Counted from the first letter of the stretch, positions 40,713-54,207 are shown. The stretch: 64,000 bases of DNA from an uncultured Chloroflexia bacterium (GCA_963703345.1 OY969814.1:1920001-1984000); one strand, 5' to 3'. Numbers and translations are program-made. The notes: a model not told the origin generated them from the sequence alone.

Positions 40713-42032
40713 TTAAGGTGGCAGTCTCTCCCGAAGCGCATCCACCAGCCCCTCCACCGGCACCCGCACCTGGTCCATCGAGTCCCGCTCCCGGATAGTC
40801 ACCGCCCGGTCCTCCAGCGTATCGAAGTCCACCGTCACACAGAACGGCGTCCCAATCTCGTCCTGCCGACGGTACCGCCGCCCGATGCTCTGCGCGTCGT
40901 CGTACGCCGTCATGAAGTGCGGCCGCAGCAGCGACCACACCTCGCGCGCCGTCGGTACCAGCTTCTCATTGCGACTCAGCGGCAGAACCGCCGCCTTGAT
41001 CGGCGCCAGACGCGGGTCCAGCTTCAGAAGCACCCGCTTCTCGCCGCGCACCTCCTCCTCCCGGTAGGCGTCGACGATGAACGCCAGCAGCGGCCGGTCC
41101 ACTCCCGCCGACGGCTCGATGATGAACGGCACCACGTGCTCGCCCTTCTCCTCGTCGAAGTAGCTAAGCGTCACGCCGCTCTCCTTCGAATGCTGCTGCA
41201 GGTCGAAGTCCCGCCGGTTCGCGATGCCCTCCAGCTCCAGCCAGCCCATCGGGAACTGATACTCCACGTCTGAGCACGCCGCCGCGTAGTGCGCCAGGTC
41301 TTTCTGCTCGTGCGCCGTCAGACGCAGGTTCTCCGGCCGCATCCCCAGGTCAACGTACCAGCGCAGCCGCTCCTCCATCCAGTACTCGTGCCAGCGCTGC
41401 GCCTCCTCCGGCCGCACGAAGAACTCGATCTCCATCTGCTCGAACTCCCGCGTCCGGAAGACGAAATGGCGCGGGTTCACCTCGTTGCGGAACGACTTCC
41501 CGATCTGCGCCATCCCGAACGGCAGCTTCTTGCGGCTGCTCGTCAGCACGTTCTCGAAGTTGACGAACATCCCCTGTGCCGTCTCCGGCCGCAGATAGAC
41601 GACGCTCGCCTCATCCTCCAGCGGTCCGGCGAACGTCTTGAACAGCAGGTTGAACATGCGCGCCTCGGTGAACTGCCCGACGGCGCCGCAGTTCGGACAC
41701 CGGTCCTCCTCGATCTCGTCCGCGCGGAAGCGGGCCTGGCAGTTGCGGCAGTCGACCATCGGGTCCGCGAACGTCGCGACGTGTCCGCTTGCCACCCAGA
41801 CCTGCGGGTGCATCAGGATCGCCGCGTCCATCCCCACCATGTCCTCGCGCTCCTGGACGTTCGTCCTCCACCAGGCGCGCTTGATGTTGTTCTTCATCTC
41901 CACGCCGAGCGGCCCGTAGTCCCACGCGCCGGCCAGGCCGCCGTAGATCTCGCTGCTCTGGAATATGAAGCCGCGCCGCTTGCACAGCGACACGATCTCG
42001 TCCATATCCACGCGATTCTCGGTTTCCGTCAC
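40713..42032 (-). CDS. glyQS: Glycine--tRNA ligase (homodimeric type)
   Basis: [39 protein letters not shown]. Confidence 0.95.
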   Translation of the reverse strand: MTETENRVDMDEIVSLCKRRGFIFQSSEIYGGLAGAWDYGPLGVEMKNNIKRAWWRTNVQEREDMVGMDAAILMHPQVWVASGHVATFADPMVDCRNCQARFRADEIEEDRCPNCGAVGQFTEARMFNLLFKTFAGPLEDEASVVYLRPETAQGMFVNFENVLTSSRKKLPFGMAQIGKSFRNEVNPRHFVFRTREFEQMEIEFFVRPEEAQRWHEYWMEERLRWYVDLGMRPENLRLTAHEQKDLAHYAAACSDVEYQFPMGWLELEGIANRRDFDLQQHSKESGVTLSYFDEEKGEHVVPFIIEPSAGVDRPLLAFIVDAYREEEVRGEKRVLLKLDPRLAPIKAAVLPLSRNEKLVPTAREVWSLLRPHFMTAYDDAQSIGRRYRRQDEIGTPFCVTVDFDTLEDRAVTIRERDSMDQVRVPVEGLVDALRERLPP

Positions 42033-42201
42033 CTTTCGCCTCGCACTCTAGCCTGCCTGTGGGGCAACGCTTGGGGATGCTTGAAAAGTAGCAGCTACGT
42101 TCTGGGAATCGCTGTCCGTCTGGCCTTCTTAGATACGGCCAGGCGGATCGAATCCGCATCGGTTTTTCGACCAGATTCTAGCTTATTCTTGGGTCTTCGG
42201 G

Positions 42202-42411
42202 CTAATTCTGCTTGACATGCCAGACGATCAAGTGGTCGCTCTTGAACTGGGCCACAACCTGCCCTTGGAGAAGAAAGGTAAGCAGAGTCTCGTTACCTCC
42301 CAGGGTTTGGCCTTGGACCAAGAGGTTTGGTCGCTCCCAGCGCCAATCGTCCGCTTGGATTTCGTAATAGTTCCCCGCAGCTTGGTCGGTGAGGACTTCA
42401 TAGGTGTTCAT
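42202..42411 (-). CDS. Small hypothetical protein (69 aa)
   Basis: AAGGAGG SD before ATG 42411. Confidence 0.55.
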   Translation of the reverse strand: MNTYEVLTDQAAGNYYEIQADDWRWERPNLLVQGQTLGGNETLLTFLLQGQVVAQFKSDHLIVWHVKQN

Positions 42412-42552
42412 CGGGGCCTCCTTGCTCGGACGGATATACTGGCCTCGATTATAGCAAACGCTAAGTCGGAGCATTGGCCCGCCCAACATTCTTCCGAAAG
42501 TAGAAGAAAGTAGGAGTTTCGACACCGAGAGTCAAAGACGGGCCAATTCTTC

Positions 42553-42582
42553 TTGACAGCCTTCTTCGGCGGTTGCTACCAT
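42553..42582 (+). promoter_or_regulatory. sigma70-type promoter
   Basis: TTGACA-18 nt-TACCAT. Confidence 0.5.
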
Positions 42583-42705
42583 CATCTTAGGAGAACAAGC
42601 AGCACCTCGACGGAGGCGGAGATAACGCGGGCCGCGACAGCAAGGAAGTCTGTCGGCCGCGTTTCTGTTCTCGACAACACGGCATTATGCTAAGGGGGTG
42701 ACGTC

Positions 42706-42882
42706 GTGAAGTTCTTCATCGGTTTCCTGCTCGGCCTGACAGTCGGCGCCTCGATCGGTCTTGCTTTCGCGCCCGAACCCGGCGCACGGACGCGCGCGAA
42801 GGTAATGGACCGAATGAGGGAGAAGACCCAGGGCTCTCCCATGGAAGAGGCCATGGACGAGATGAGGGAGCAGTACCAGTAG
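42706..42882 (+). CDS. YtxH-like small protein
   Basis: MKFFIGFLLGLTVGASIGLAFAPEPGARTR; AAGGGGG SD; not in ORF track. Confidence 0.8.
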   Translation: MKFFIGFLLGLTVGASIGLAFAPEPGARTRAKVMDRMREKTQGSPMEEAMDEMREQYQ

Positions 42883-42912
42883 CCCCCTCCGCCCTGCTAG
42901 GAAGGCAGGACC

Positions 42913-43257
42913 TTGGCCGAAGACCAGCTCAAGCTGGTGGTCATCATCGCTTCTGATGTCGACGGGGACCGGCTGATCAAACGGCTGGTCCAACGAGGCC
43001 ACCCCGCGACCAAGATCGGCGGCCTCGGCGGCTTCCTCCGGCGTGGGAACGCGACGATACTATCCGGTGTGCCGGCCGCCGACGTCGAATCGGTGATCGA
43101 AATCGTCCGCGAAGAGTGCCATGCCCGCCAGGAGTTTGTCCCCGTGCAGACGCTGCCTTTTCTCGGCGAGGGCGTCTCTTTCGCCGACCCGCTGGAAGTG
43201 CGCGTCGGGGGGGCTGTCGTTTTCGTCCTGGCGGTGGAACGGTTCGAGAAGACCTAG
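42913..43257 (+). CDS. Cyclic-di-AMP receptor (PstA/DarA, PII-like)
   Basis: TKIGGLGGFLRRGNATILSG; VGGAVVFV. Confidence 0.88.
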   Translation: MAEDQLKLVVIIASDVDGDRLIKRLVQRGHPATKIGGLGGFLRRGNATILSGVPAADVESVIEIVREECHARQEFVPVQTLPFLGEGVSFADPLEVRVGGAVVFVLAVERFEKT

Positions 43258-43320
43258 CTTGACACGGCGCAGGGGCGCGGCTTTGTAGCCGACTCGCCAC
43301 GGGATGGAGACATCGACTGC

Positions 43321-44688
43321 TCAGTGCAGGGAACGGAACTCGTTCACGAGGTGCGCGTCGAGCTGTGTTCCTGCTGCCCCCGTCATCACCTTCAGAGCGT
43401 CCTTCTCGCCGAGCGCCCGCCGGTACGGCCGGTCAGACGTCAGCGCCACGTACACGTTGGCGACGGCAATGATGCGCGATTCCAGCGGAATGAGGTCGGT
43501 CGCGAGCATCTCCGGATAGCCTTTGCCGTCCGGCCGCTCGTGATGGCCGCCCACCCATTGCGCCGCCTCCTCCATCCCCGACAGGTTCTCCAGGATCAGC
43601 CGCGAGTAGCTCGGGTGACGCTGCATGAGCTGCATCTCCGTCAGCGTCAGGATGTCAGGCTTGCCCATGATGCGCGCCGGCACCGACAGTTGACCGATGT
43701 CGTGCAGCAGCGCCGCCAGCCGAATCACCTGCACGTGCTCCGGCGAAAGTCCGATCGCCTCTGCGAGCTGCCCGGCTATCTCCGAAACGCGCGCCGATTT
43801 GGCTTGTGTGAAGCGGCTCTTGGAGTCGATGACTTCCGCCAGCCCTTTCGCCAGGCTCATGACCGCTTTCCAGCTCCACTTTCCGTTCTCCTGGCGCTTC
43901 GCGCCCAGCAGGGAGCGAGAGAGCTCCTTGCCGAACAGCCCCAGCCAGAAGTCGTCACTGCGCGAGAGGACCTTCACTTGCTCCACAAGCATTGGGTCGA
44001 GCACCATCTCGGAGACGTCTTCCAGCTCGGCGACTAGATTTCGTCGCGCCACGAGCGAGTTCTGCTCCTCGGCGATCACCGACTCCGCCCAGTCAGCGGT
44101 CGCAAGCACTCTCGAAAGAAGCGGGATGTCGTGCGCCGCGAGTCCCTCCGGATAGCCGCTGCCGTCCCAATTCTCGTGGCCGGAAGCGATCGTCTCGCCG
44201 ACCGGCGTCGACAGGCCGAGGGCGATCGCCTTGGCGCCTCCAAGTGACGCGTGCCGGTGGAAAGCGCCGATTATCGCGTCCGGAACAGGAGCCCGGCAGT
44301 CGGCGGCGAGCTCCTCCGGCGACTTGCGCGGTGAGGCGGCAAAGAGCGCGTTCTCGTTGACGCCGATGATGTCGGAAAGCTCCGCCGAGACGACCGGAAC
44401 GCCCAGGTCGTGAAGCAGGCTGGCATAGTAGAGGGTAGTCTCGCCAGTATCGGGCAGTTCCAGCGATTGCACCAGCCGGCCAGCGATGTAGCACACACGG
44501 CTGGCGTGCCCTATCACCCGGCCCTCAGCGAGGTCCAGCCCCTCGCTGAATCCCGATATCAGCTCCGCTTTGCTTAGAAGCGGCAGCTGTCCAGGTTCAA
44601 AAGCTCCTTCTTGTATGTCCGGGGATCCGTAAAGCTGTGCCGGGGAGACTCCCTCCTCACCCGCTATGGGTGATCTGTTTCGCGTCAA
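43321..44688 (-). CDS. Tandem HD-GYP domain phosphodiesterase
   Basis: LLHDLG...HENWDGSGYP and LLHDIG...HHERPDGKGYP; start uncertain. Confidence 0.85.
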   Translation of the reverse strand: MTRNRSPIAGEEGVSPAQLYGSPDIQEGAFEPGQLPLLSKAELISGFSEGLDLAEGRVIGHASRVCYIAGRLVQSLELPDTGETTLYYASLLHDLGVPVVSAELSDIIGVNENALFAASPRKSPEELAADCRAPVPDAIIGAFHRHASLGGAKAIALGLSTPVGETIASGHENWDGSGYPEGLAAHDIPLLSRVLATADWAESVIAEEQNSLVARRNLVAELEDVSEMVLDPMLVEQVKVLSRSDDFWLGLFGKELSRSLLGAKRQENGKWSWKAVMSLAKGLAEVIDSKSRFTQAKSARVSEIAGQLAEAIGLSPEHVQVIRLAALLHDIGQLSVPARIMGKPDILTLTEMQLMQRHPSYSRLILENLSGMEEAAQWVGGHHERPDGKGYPEMLATDLIPLESRIIAVANVYVALTSDRPYRRALGEKDALKVMTGAAGTQLDAHLVNEFRSLH

Positions 44689-44869
44689 TGTAGACCTCGA
44701 TGGGTATGTGAAAGAGGAGAAACCGCAGCCTCTCCCAAGTTGTAATTGTCCCAATCTGAATATCGGCAGACGGCGCGAACAGCGCAGACCAGGGAGTATG
44801 TTGAAAGACGCCAAAATCCAACTTGCGCCGACTTCAGCCCCCGTAGACAATGGCCGAGAGGGAGGCCTC

Positions 44870-45526
44870 ATGATCGTCGAAGCGCTCGTCGTCGGCATGT
44901 TTCAGAGCAACTGCTACATCGTCGGCAGCGAAGAGACCCAGGAAGCGATAATTGTCGACCCGGGCGACGAAGGCCGGCGCATCCTGAAGGCGCTGGAACG
45001 GCGAGGCCTCGAAGCGAAGCTCATCGTCGTCACGCACACGCACATCGACCACGTCGCGGCGCTGGAGGAAGTCAGGGAGGCAACCGGCGCTTCCGTCGCC
45101 ATGCACCGCGAAGCGTTCGACTCCGCGCAGCGGGACGCGCCTCTCCTGCGCATGATGCTGGGCAGCGAGCCACGTCCTCTGAGCCCGCCGGACCTCTTCC
45201 TGGAGGACGGCGACAAGGTGAAGATAGGCGATCTGGAGTTCGAAACGTTATTCTGCCCCGGTCACGCCTATGGCCACGTCTGCCTCTACGGGCAGGGAAT
45301 CGTGCTGACCGGTGATGCTCTCTTCGCCGGCGGAATCGGGCGCTTTGACCTGCCGGGCGGCGACGGCAGGCTTCTGCTGCGGAGCATCCGCGAGAAGCTC
45401 CTCACCTTGCCGGACGAGACGGTCGTTCTCCCCGGCCACGGCCCGTCGAGTACGATAGGCGAAGAGAAGGCGACCAACCCCTTCTTGCTCTATCCACGCA
45501 TGTACATGGGCTTCGATCCCGACTAG
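44870..45526 (+). CDS. MBL-fold hydrolase (glyoxalase II-like)
   Basis: THTHIDH, PGH, GDALF, PGHG. Confidence 0.88.
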   Translation: MIVEALVVGMFQSNCYIVGSEETQEAIIVDPGDEGRRILKALERRGLEAKLIVVTHTHIDHVAALEEVREATGASVAMHREAFDSAQRDAPLLRMMLGSEPRPLSPPDLFLEDGDKVKIGDLEFETLFCPGHAYGHVCLYGQGIVLTGDALFAGGIGRFDLPGGDGRLLLRSIREKLLTLPDETVVLPGHGPSSTIGEEKATNPFLLYPRMYMGFDPD

Positions 45527-45544
45527 GCGCTGAGCGGGACAAGA

Positions 45545-45573
45545 AGGAAGGCCGGAACGAATCCGGCCTTCCT
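45545..45573. terminator. Bidirectional hairpin between convergent genes
   Basis: AGGAAGGCCGGA...TCCGGCCTTCCT. Confidence 0.65.
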
Positions 45574-45592
45574 CGTTCTCTCGTGCCTCTGA

Positions 45593-47845
<2,253 letters not shown>

Positions 47846-48031
47846 GAGTCTGCTCCTTCGCTCTCGAATTGTCGCCCGGTAGGGAGTCGCTCAGCGGTTT
47901 GGAGGCTTCCCTCCGACCATGCGAAGTCTAGCAAAGGGTTCTTTCAATAAGCAACCGAGGATGGCCGTTTCTTGCAACGGATTTCACAAGAGAGTAAGCT
48001 CGGGCCCGACGGGGCGCAAACGTAGACTAGG

Positions 48032-48775
48032 ATGGCCAGAGTGGCAAACGTGCTCGTCATCAGCGCCGACCTGCCGACGCGAGACCTGTTGCGCGCCTGC
48101 TTGGTTGAGGATGGGCACCTCGTTGGCGCCTGCCACGAGCCGGCGGCCGCGCCGCGTCTCTTCGCCACGCTCGCCTTCGACGTACTTTGCCTCGACGTCC
48201 ATGTCGCAGAAAACAACGTCGACGATCTTCTGCGCTGGCTGCGGGCAGACGGCGATCATTCGGAGATCCCGGTCCTCTTCGTGCTGCCGCCGAGCCGTCG
48301 CTGGTTGCCTGCCGCAATCTCAGCGCAGATCCGGCCGGACTTGGACGACAGCCTGACGATGCCGCTGGACGCCGGCCGTCTCAGGGAGAAGGTCCAGCGC
48401 CTTCTTTTGCGCCGGCCATCGGCCGCTCAGCCGCGCGTCCTTCGCCTGCCGCCGCTCGTCCTCGACCGCGACACGCACGATCTCGCATCCGGCGGGAAGG
48501 TAGTTAACCTTACACCGACCGAGCACCGTCTACTTTTATATCTAATGGAGCGGCCGGGAGAGGTCGTGGCGGGCGATGAGCTCTTGGAGACAGTGTGGGG
48601 CTTTCATCCCGGCACCGGCTCGGCGTCTGTCGTCCGAGTGCACGTCGGTAACCTGCGGCGGAAGATGACGAGTCTTGGCCAGGGCCGGCTTCTGGAGACA
48701 CTCCCGCACCGAGGATATCGTCTGCGTGCGGAGGACACCAAAAGGTCGGTCCCGGGGGAGACGGCTGACGAATAG
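48032..48775 (+). CDS. OmpR-family response regulator with atypical receiver
   Basis: Winged helix LTPTE...VWG...VHVGNLRRK...GYRL. Confidence 0.85.
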   Translation: MARVANVLVISADLPTRDLLRACLVEDGHLVGACHEPAAAPRLFATLAFDVLCLDVHVAENNVDDLLRWLRADGDHSEIPVLFVLPPSRRWLPAAISAQIRPDLDDSLTMPLDAGRLREKVQRLLLRRPSAAQPRVLRLPPLVLDRDTHDLASGGKVVNLTPTEHRLLLYLMERPGEVVAGDELLETVWGFHPGTGSASVVRVHVGNLRRKMTSLGQGRLLETLPHRGYRLRAEDTKRSVPGETADE

Positions 48776-48784
48776 ACGGCCGTG

Positions 48785-50343
48785 TTAGCCGGCCGCGGCC
48801 ATTTGGAGTGCTCGTCGCATTGGCGGAAGCGAGAGCCGCTCAGCGGCAATCTCGCTCAGGTCTTCCGATTGGCGTTCCAGCCACTTTCGCAAGTCGTTCT
48901 CGATAATGACTCGTCGGAGTTGGTGCGCCCGCCACCGCTTCTCTTCGTCCGGCATCGTGAGGGCATGCCACAGTGCCCCCGCGGTACCTTCGATGTCCCT
49001 CGGAGCCACGGAGAGGGCTCCTTCCGCCAGCTCCCGCTGCGAGCCCACTTCTGTCGAGAGGACGACGACGCCGTCGCGGCGGTTGACCAGCGGCCCTTCC
49101 TTCGACACCAGGTTCATGCCGTCCGCCAGCGAATTGACGAGCAGGACGTCGTAGAGGCTCATTCGGCCAGCGCCTGCGCGTAGTTGTTCTCAGCGAACGC
49201 CTCGATTGGTTCCCAGTCGCCCTGCCTGAAGCGCACGTTGATGTCGGATATCCGCTTCCACACGCGGTCGGCGTGACTGCGGAACTCGGCTACGCAGCCG
49301 CGCGACGGCACAAGGAAGGCGAGCAGCTTGACCTGCCCTTTCAGCTCTGGATGGCGCCGGAGCAGTAACTCGAACGCATCGAGACCGCCGAGAATGTTCT
49401 TGCTCGGATCCAGGCGGTCCACCCGGACAATCGTCTGCCTGGCGACCTGCTGGGAGAGCTGCTTTCGATAGCGGGCGAAGTCGAGTGAGAGCATCTGGCA
49501 GCGCAGTCGCTGGGGGTCGACCGATACTGGATACGCCCGCACGCGCGTGAGTCTGCCGCCTCGCGTGATGGCGCCACCTGACCCGGAAGCGATCACGCCT
49601 GGGAGAAAGCGCCGGCACGTCTCGACGAAATTCTCCGCCGAGACGTCCGTTTGGAACCCCACGACGTCCGCGCTCAGCAGACTGTCGCAGATGGCCGAGA
49701 CGATGTCGTAAGGCAGCCTCTCCCAATCCTCAGGCTTCGGCCAGGGGATGTGGAGGAAATGTTGGAGAATGGCGTCCGGCGCTACCTCGCGCACGTACCC
49801 CGGGCACATGTAGAGGTGGTAGTCCTGGATCATCACGTAGCACGGCGTCGTCCCGCTCTTTAGCTCCTCCGCCACGCATTTCGCGAAAGCGCGGTTCACC
49901 GGCAGATACCCCTCTTCCCAGCTTCGCCGAATTCGCCCTTCCAGGTCGTGTGTTCGCAGGCTGTCCCAAAGGCCGTGCTGCAGGAACCAGAGGATGGGGT
50001 TGCTGAAGACGCCGTAGTGCTGGTGGTAGGCTTGCCGCGGCAGAACGACGAAGCGCTGATCGCACCGCTGACCGTCGACCTCCACTTGAGACCGCCCTTT
50101 GCCGGCCATCCGCCGGTCGCCGTCCGTCATGGCGCTGGCAATCCAGACGAAGTCGCCCAGCGGCATCAGCGACGTGAGGGCCGTAGCCACGCCGCCGTTG
50201 CCGCCGCAGGCGCGGAGGGCCCCCGACTTGTCGAAGTTGTATTCCAGCGGGCCGCGATTGCTGGCTAGGATGATGCGATTCGGGTGGCTTGCGGTCGCGA
50301 AGGCATCCTTGCCCGCCGCTGTGTCGTCCAGTTCAGGGCGAAT
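48785..50343 (-). pseudogene. otsA: Trehalose-6-phosphate synthase split by a frameshift at ~49160
   Basis: SNRGP, QDYHL, HIPW, VDRLDPSKN in ORF 49159-; DGMNLVSKE in ORF 48785-49162. Confidence 0.85.
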
Positions 50344-50583
50344 GCTAGTGACTCCCTTCCAGTCGAAACCTCGGCAGCGCTCACGTCCCTGCGACCGCAT
50401 TGCTGTCAGGCGCATTCTGCTCGCCCGATTCGCAGGCAAGATTGCCTGTCGTCCGAGTCTCTGCTGAAAGCCAGAGAATAGGGGTGAACTGGCACCAGCG
50501 CCCTCGGGCCACCGATACCCATTTTATTATCGGCAGACCGAGGCGATTCTTTAGGGTTTCAACCTCTGTCTTTCGGCAGATTT

Positions 50584-51390
50584 CTAATCGGCCGAACGCA
50601 AGAGGACGGCCAATCGCGTGAGGAAAACGGCGACTTCGCTCGGCCCGGCGAGCATGACATCGGAAGCCTTCGCCAGATCGCTGGGAGCCTCATCGCCGCC
50701 AACGCCGATGATCAGGCTTGCCGGGTCCGGTCGGAGCGCCCGTAGCGCTGTCATCGCATCTATGTCCGTGCGGTCGTCGCCGAGGAAGACGACACTCTCG
50801 ATGCCGCGCTCCTCCACGAGCGATCCGACAACGCTTCCCTTGTCCAGCGGCAGCTTCGGCCGGACCTCGACGACCATCTTGCCTTCGCTCAAGGCGTATC
50901 GGCCGGACGCCGCGATTCGATTCAGCGCTTCGATGATTCTCTTTCGGGCCGTCTCGGGCTCCGGCGCGTTTCGGTAGTGCACGGACAGTATAGTTCCCTT
51001 GTCCTCGATGCGCGCGCCTTCGATTTCGCCGGTGTCCTGCTCCAGCCGCGCGCGCAACTCCCGCGTCTCGTCTGCGAAGGCCGCGGCCTCGTTGCGGTAG
51101 CCGTTCTGTTGGTCCCAGCGCTCTTGGCCGTGGTTGCCCACATACAGCAGCTCGTCCAGCCCGACCATGCGACGAGCGTCTCCCACGGTCCGTCCCGATA
51201 TGACTGCAACGAGGTCTAGCAGGCGCGAAAGTCGGCGCAGCGCCTCGCGACTCTCAGGGAACACGATCGCCGCTTCCGGGGAGGATACGATGGGGCTGAG
51301 CGTGCCGTCGACGTCGGTGATCAGCGCCGCCGGACGCGCGTGCAGCAGCCGGGCCGCGACAGCGGCGGTCTTGTCGGGCATGCTCTTCAT
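50584..51390 (-). CDS. otsB: Trehalose-6-phosphate phosphatase
   Basis: DVDGTLSPI, ISGR, VHYR, GDDRTD. Confidence 0.92.
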   Translation of the reverse strand: MKSMPDKTAAVAARLLHARPAALITDVDGTLSPIVSSPEAAIVFPESREALRRLSRLLDLVAVISGRTVGDARRMVGLDELLYVGNHGQERWDQQNGYRNEAAAFADETRELRARLEQDTGEIEGARIEDKGTILSVHYRNAPEPETARKRIIEALNRIAASGRYALSEGKMVVEVRPKLPLDKGSVVGSLVEERGIESVVFLGDDRTDIDAMTALRALRPDPASLIIGVGGDEAPSDLAKASDVMLAGPSEVAVFLTRLAVLLRSAD

Positions 51391-51486
51391 GGCCCTATCA
51401 TTATCAGTCGCAGCTTCCGGCTGTCAATGAGCCTTCGGCGGCTGGCCTGTCAGTCCGTAATCCATGTTGTATAATTGCCGCTGGAA

Positions 51487-51561
51487 GGGCCCGTAGCTCA
51501 GCGGCAGAGCGGCCGGCTCATAACCGGTTGGTCGCAGGTTCGATCCCTGCCGGGCCCACCA
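51487..51561 (+). tRNA. tRNA with CAT anticodon (probably Ile2, otherwise elongator Met)
   Basis: GGGCCCGTAGCTCAG...CTCATAA...GGTTCGATCCC...CCA; paired G1-C72, so not an initiator. Confidence 0.92.
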
Positions 51562-51603
51562 GGAGCAAACCAAGTCCGCTTCTTCTGGCCCTTCCAACAG
51601 CTC

Positions 51604-52194
51604 ATGATCTCGTCCACTTCCTACCTTGATCTGGTGCGACGGGTCGTCGCCGCATACGAGCCGCAACGTATCGCGCCGGCGGGCCGGCCGCCGGCTGGCG
51701 TGCTCCTCCTCTTGTACGATGCCGCGGGCAAAACGCATCTGCTCTTCACCAAGCGTACCGAGCTCGTCGAGCACCATAAGGGCGAGATCTGCTTCCCGGG
51801 CGGCTCACAAGAAGCGGGCGATGACGACCTGTACTACACGGCGTTGCGGGAGACGTTCGAGGAGATAGGCATTCTTCCCGAAGACGTCGAGCGCGTCGGC
51901 CGGCTCGACGATATCGTGTCGCGCGGCAGCAACTTCGTCGTGTCGCCGTTCGTCGGCTTCCTGAAAACGGCCGAGCCCTATCACTACCGGCACGCCGACC
52001 ACGAGGTGGACGAGATCCTAGAGGTGCCGCTGGCGCATTTACTCGAGCCAGCGAACAGCGGCCAGGAGATGCGCAACCTCGACGGGCAGGATATCGAGAT
52101 CGTCTTCTACCGCTTCGGCCGGCACGTCATCTGGGGCGCCACAGCCCGAATGCTAAGTCAACTCCTGGGCCTGTTGACCGCGGCCAGCGAATAA
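51604..52194 (+). CDS. Nudix CoA pyrophosphatase
   Basis: FPGG...TALRETFEEIG; IWGATA. Confidence 0.88.
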   Translation: MISSTSYLDLVRRVVAAYEPQRIAPAGRPPAGVLLLLYDAAGKTHLLFTKRTELVEHHKGEICFPGGSQEAGDDDLYYTALRETFEEIGILPEDVERVGRLDDIVSRGSNFVVSPFVGFLKTAEPYHYRHADHEVDEILEVPLAHLLEPANSGQEMRNLDGQDIEIVFYRFGRHVIWGATARMLSQLLGLLTAASE

Positions 52195-52196
52195 CA

Positions 52197-53567
52197 TCAA
52201 TCGGACTGCTCGCCGTCCTTCTTCGCCGTCTTCCGCAGCCGCTCGTACTCTTCCCAGATGCGTTTCTCCCAGCCCAGCTCGCCCGGCTGATAGTAGCGCC
52301 GGCCGCGAAGACGCTCCGGCAGGTGCTCCTGCTCGACCTGATGCCCCTGGAAGGAGTGCGCGTACTTGTAGTCGCGCCCGTACCCCAGCTCGCGCATGAG
52401 GCCGGTGACGGCGTTGCGCAGGTGCAGCGGCACGGGGTCGTTCCGCATCTCGCGGGCGTCGGCTACGGCGCGACCATAGCCGGTGAGCGCCGAGTTGCTC
52501 TTGGGCGCCGTCGCCAGGTAGATCGCGCACTCCGCCATCGGCAGGTACCCCTCCGGCATGCCGACGAAGTGGACCGCCTGCTGGCACGCCGTCGCGACGA
52601 CCAGCGCCTGCGGGTCCGCCAGCCCGACGTCCTCGGCGGCAAGGATGACCATTCGCCGCACGACGAAGAGCGCGTCCTCGCCCGCCTCGATCATGCGGGC
52701 CAGCCAGTAGAGGGCGGCATCGGGGTCGGAGTCGCGCAGAGACTTGATGAAAGCGGAGATGGTGTCGTAGTGCGCCTCACCGGCCTGATCGTAGAGGTAC
52801 GTCCGGTGCTGAAGCGCCTCCTCGATGAGGGCGGCGGTGATTCGCCTGACGCCCTGTTCGTCCGGCGACGCGGCGGCCGCGGCGAGCTCGAGCGCGTTCA
52901 GGGCGATGCGTGCGTCGCCGCCGCTGCTTGCCGCCAGAGTCGCGATTACGTCGTCGTCGATCTCCGGCTTCTCGCGGCCGAGCCCTCGCTCCTCGTCCGC
53001 CAGCGCCCGTCGCAGAATCGTCTCCACCTGTTTCGGCGTCAGCAGGTTCAGCGTGTAGACGCGGCTGCGCGACAGCAACGGCCCGATGACTTCGAACGAT
53101 GGGTTCTCCGTGGTCGCGCCGATGAGCGTGACGGTGCCCTCTTCGACGTGCGGGAGGATGACGTCTTGCTGGGCCTTGTTGAAGCGGTGGATCTCGTCGA
53201 TGAAGAGGATTGTGCGCTGGCCGTAAAGGGCGCGGCGGTCGCGCGCCTCGGCGACGATGCGACGCAGGTCGCCGACGCCGGCGGTGACGGCGGAGATCGG
53301 CTCGAAGTGCGACTTCGTCTGGGCGGAGATGATGCGGGCGAGCGTGGTCTTGCCGCTTCCCGGCGGGCCCCAGAAGATCATCGACGGCACCTGGTCGGAC
53401 TCGATGAGACGCCGGAGCAGCCGGTCTTCGCCGACGAGGTGCTCCTGGCCCACGAACTCATCGAAGCTGCGCGGCCGCATTCGAGCGGCCAGGGGCGCCT
53501 CGCGCTCGCTCTGGGCGCGGGCCCGCTCCTCGAACATGTCGGGGCGCTTAGGCTTCCTTCGATCCAT
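52197..53567 (-). CDS. rarA: Replication-associated recombination protein A
   Basis: [36 protein letters not shown]. Confidence 0.95.
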   Translation of the reverse strand: MDRRKPKRPDMFEERARAQSEREAPLAARMRPRSFDEFVGQEHLVGEDRLLRRLIESDQVPSMIFWGPPGSGKTTLARIISAQTKSHFEPISAVTAGVGDLRRIVAEARDRRALYGQRTILFIDEIHRFNKAQQDVILPHVEEGTVTLIGATTENPSFEVIGPLLSRSRVYTLNLLTPKQVETILRRALADEERGLGREKPEIDDDVIATLAASSGGDARIALNALELAAAAASPDEQGVRRITAALIEEALQHRTYLYDQAGEAHYDTISAFIKSLRDSDPDAALYWLARMIEAGEDALFVVRRMVILAAEDVGLADPQALVVATACQQAVHFVGMPEGYLPMAECAIYLATAPKSNSALTGYGRAVADAREMRNDPVPLHLRNAVTGLMRELGYGRDYKYAHSFQGHQVEQEHLPERLRGRRYYQPGELGWEKRIWEEYERLRKTAKKDGEQSD

Positions 53568-54207
53568 CTTCGGCGTTCCGTTCAGGGAACCGCTTAACGC
53601 CCCACTTCTCCCAGAAAGTCACCTCATCCACCGGCAGGCGCCGCGGCGGCCCGAAGCGCCCGAGCGGCCGGCCGACGGGGATAAGCGCCATCGTCTCGAT
53701 GTCGTCGGGAACGTCCAGGAGCTTCTTAACCTCGGCCTCATGCAGTCGATGGAGCGTCGTTATCGTCGTGCCGAGGCCGAGGGCGCGTGCGGCCAGCATG
53801 AGGTTCTGAACCGCCGGGAAGATGGAAGAGCCGGTGACCGACGTCCCGAAGCCCGCCCCCTGTGTCGTGACCATGATGAGCACGGGCGTGTCCGCCAGGT
53901 GGTGCGCCAGGTGCTCGGCGGAGCGATAGGCGCGCCCGAGGCCCTGCGGACCGGAGCCCGGCGGAGGCGCCTCCAGCTTGCCGTAGGTCGCGTCCCAGGC
54001 CTGGCGGTAGTACTCGCCGATGCGATGCTTCGTCTCCGGGTCGCGGATGACGATGAAGTTCCAGGGCTGGCGGTTACCGCCGCTGGGCGCCATCGTCGCG
54101 GCTTCGAGGATCGTCCACAGCTCCTCGTCGGTGACGGGCTCGTCCGAGAAACGGCGCATGGCGCGCAGGGTGCCGATGGCTTCGAAGAGGTCGATTTGCG
54201 GTCTCAT
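53548..54207 (-). CDS. Nitroreductase family protein
   Basis: RAMRRF, APSGGNRQPW, QNLMLAARALGLG. Confidence 0.9.
   Translation of the reverse strand: MRPQIDLFEAIGTLRAMRRFSDEPVTDEELWTILEAATMAPSGGNRQPWNFIVIRDPETKHRIGEYYRQAWDATYGKLEAPPPGSGPQGLGRAYRSAEHLAHHLADTPVLIMVTTQGAGFGTSVTGSSIFPAVQNLMLAARALGLGTTITTLHRLHEAEVKKLLDVPDDIETMALIPVGRPLGRFGPPRRLPVDEVTFWEKWGVKRFPERNAEDGSKEA

Noticed and set aside
42033-42200. T-box leader for glyQS
   Set aside because: No GGTGG-N-ACCGCG T-box consensus seen
49159-49161. Sec readthrough of the otsA UGA
   Set aside because: Homology continues in a different frame, so this is a frameshift, not readthrough
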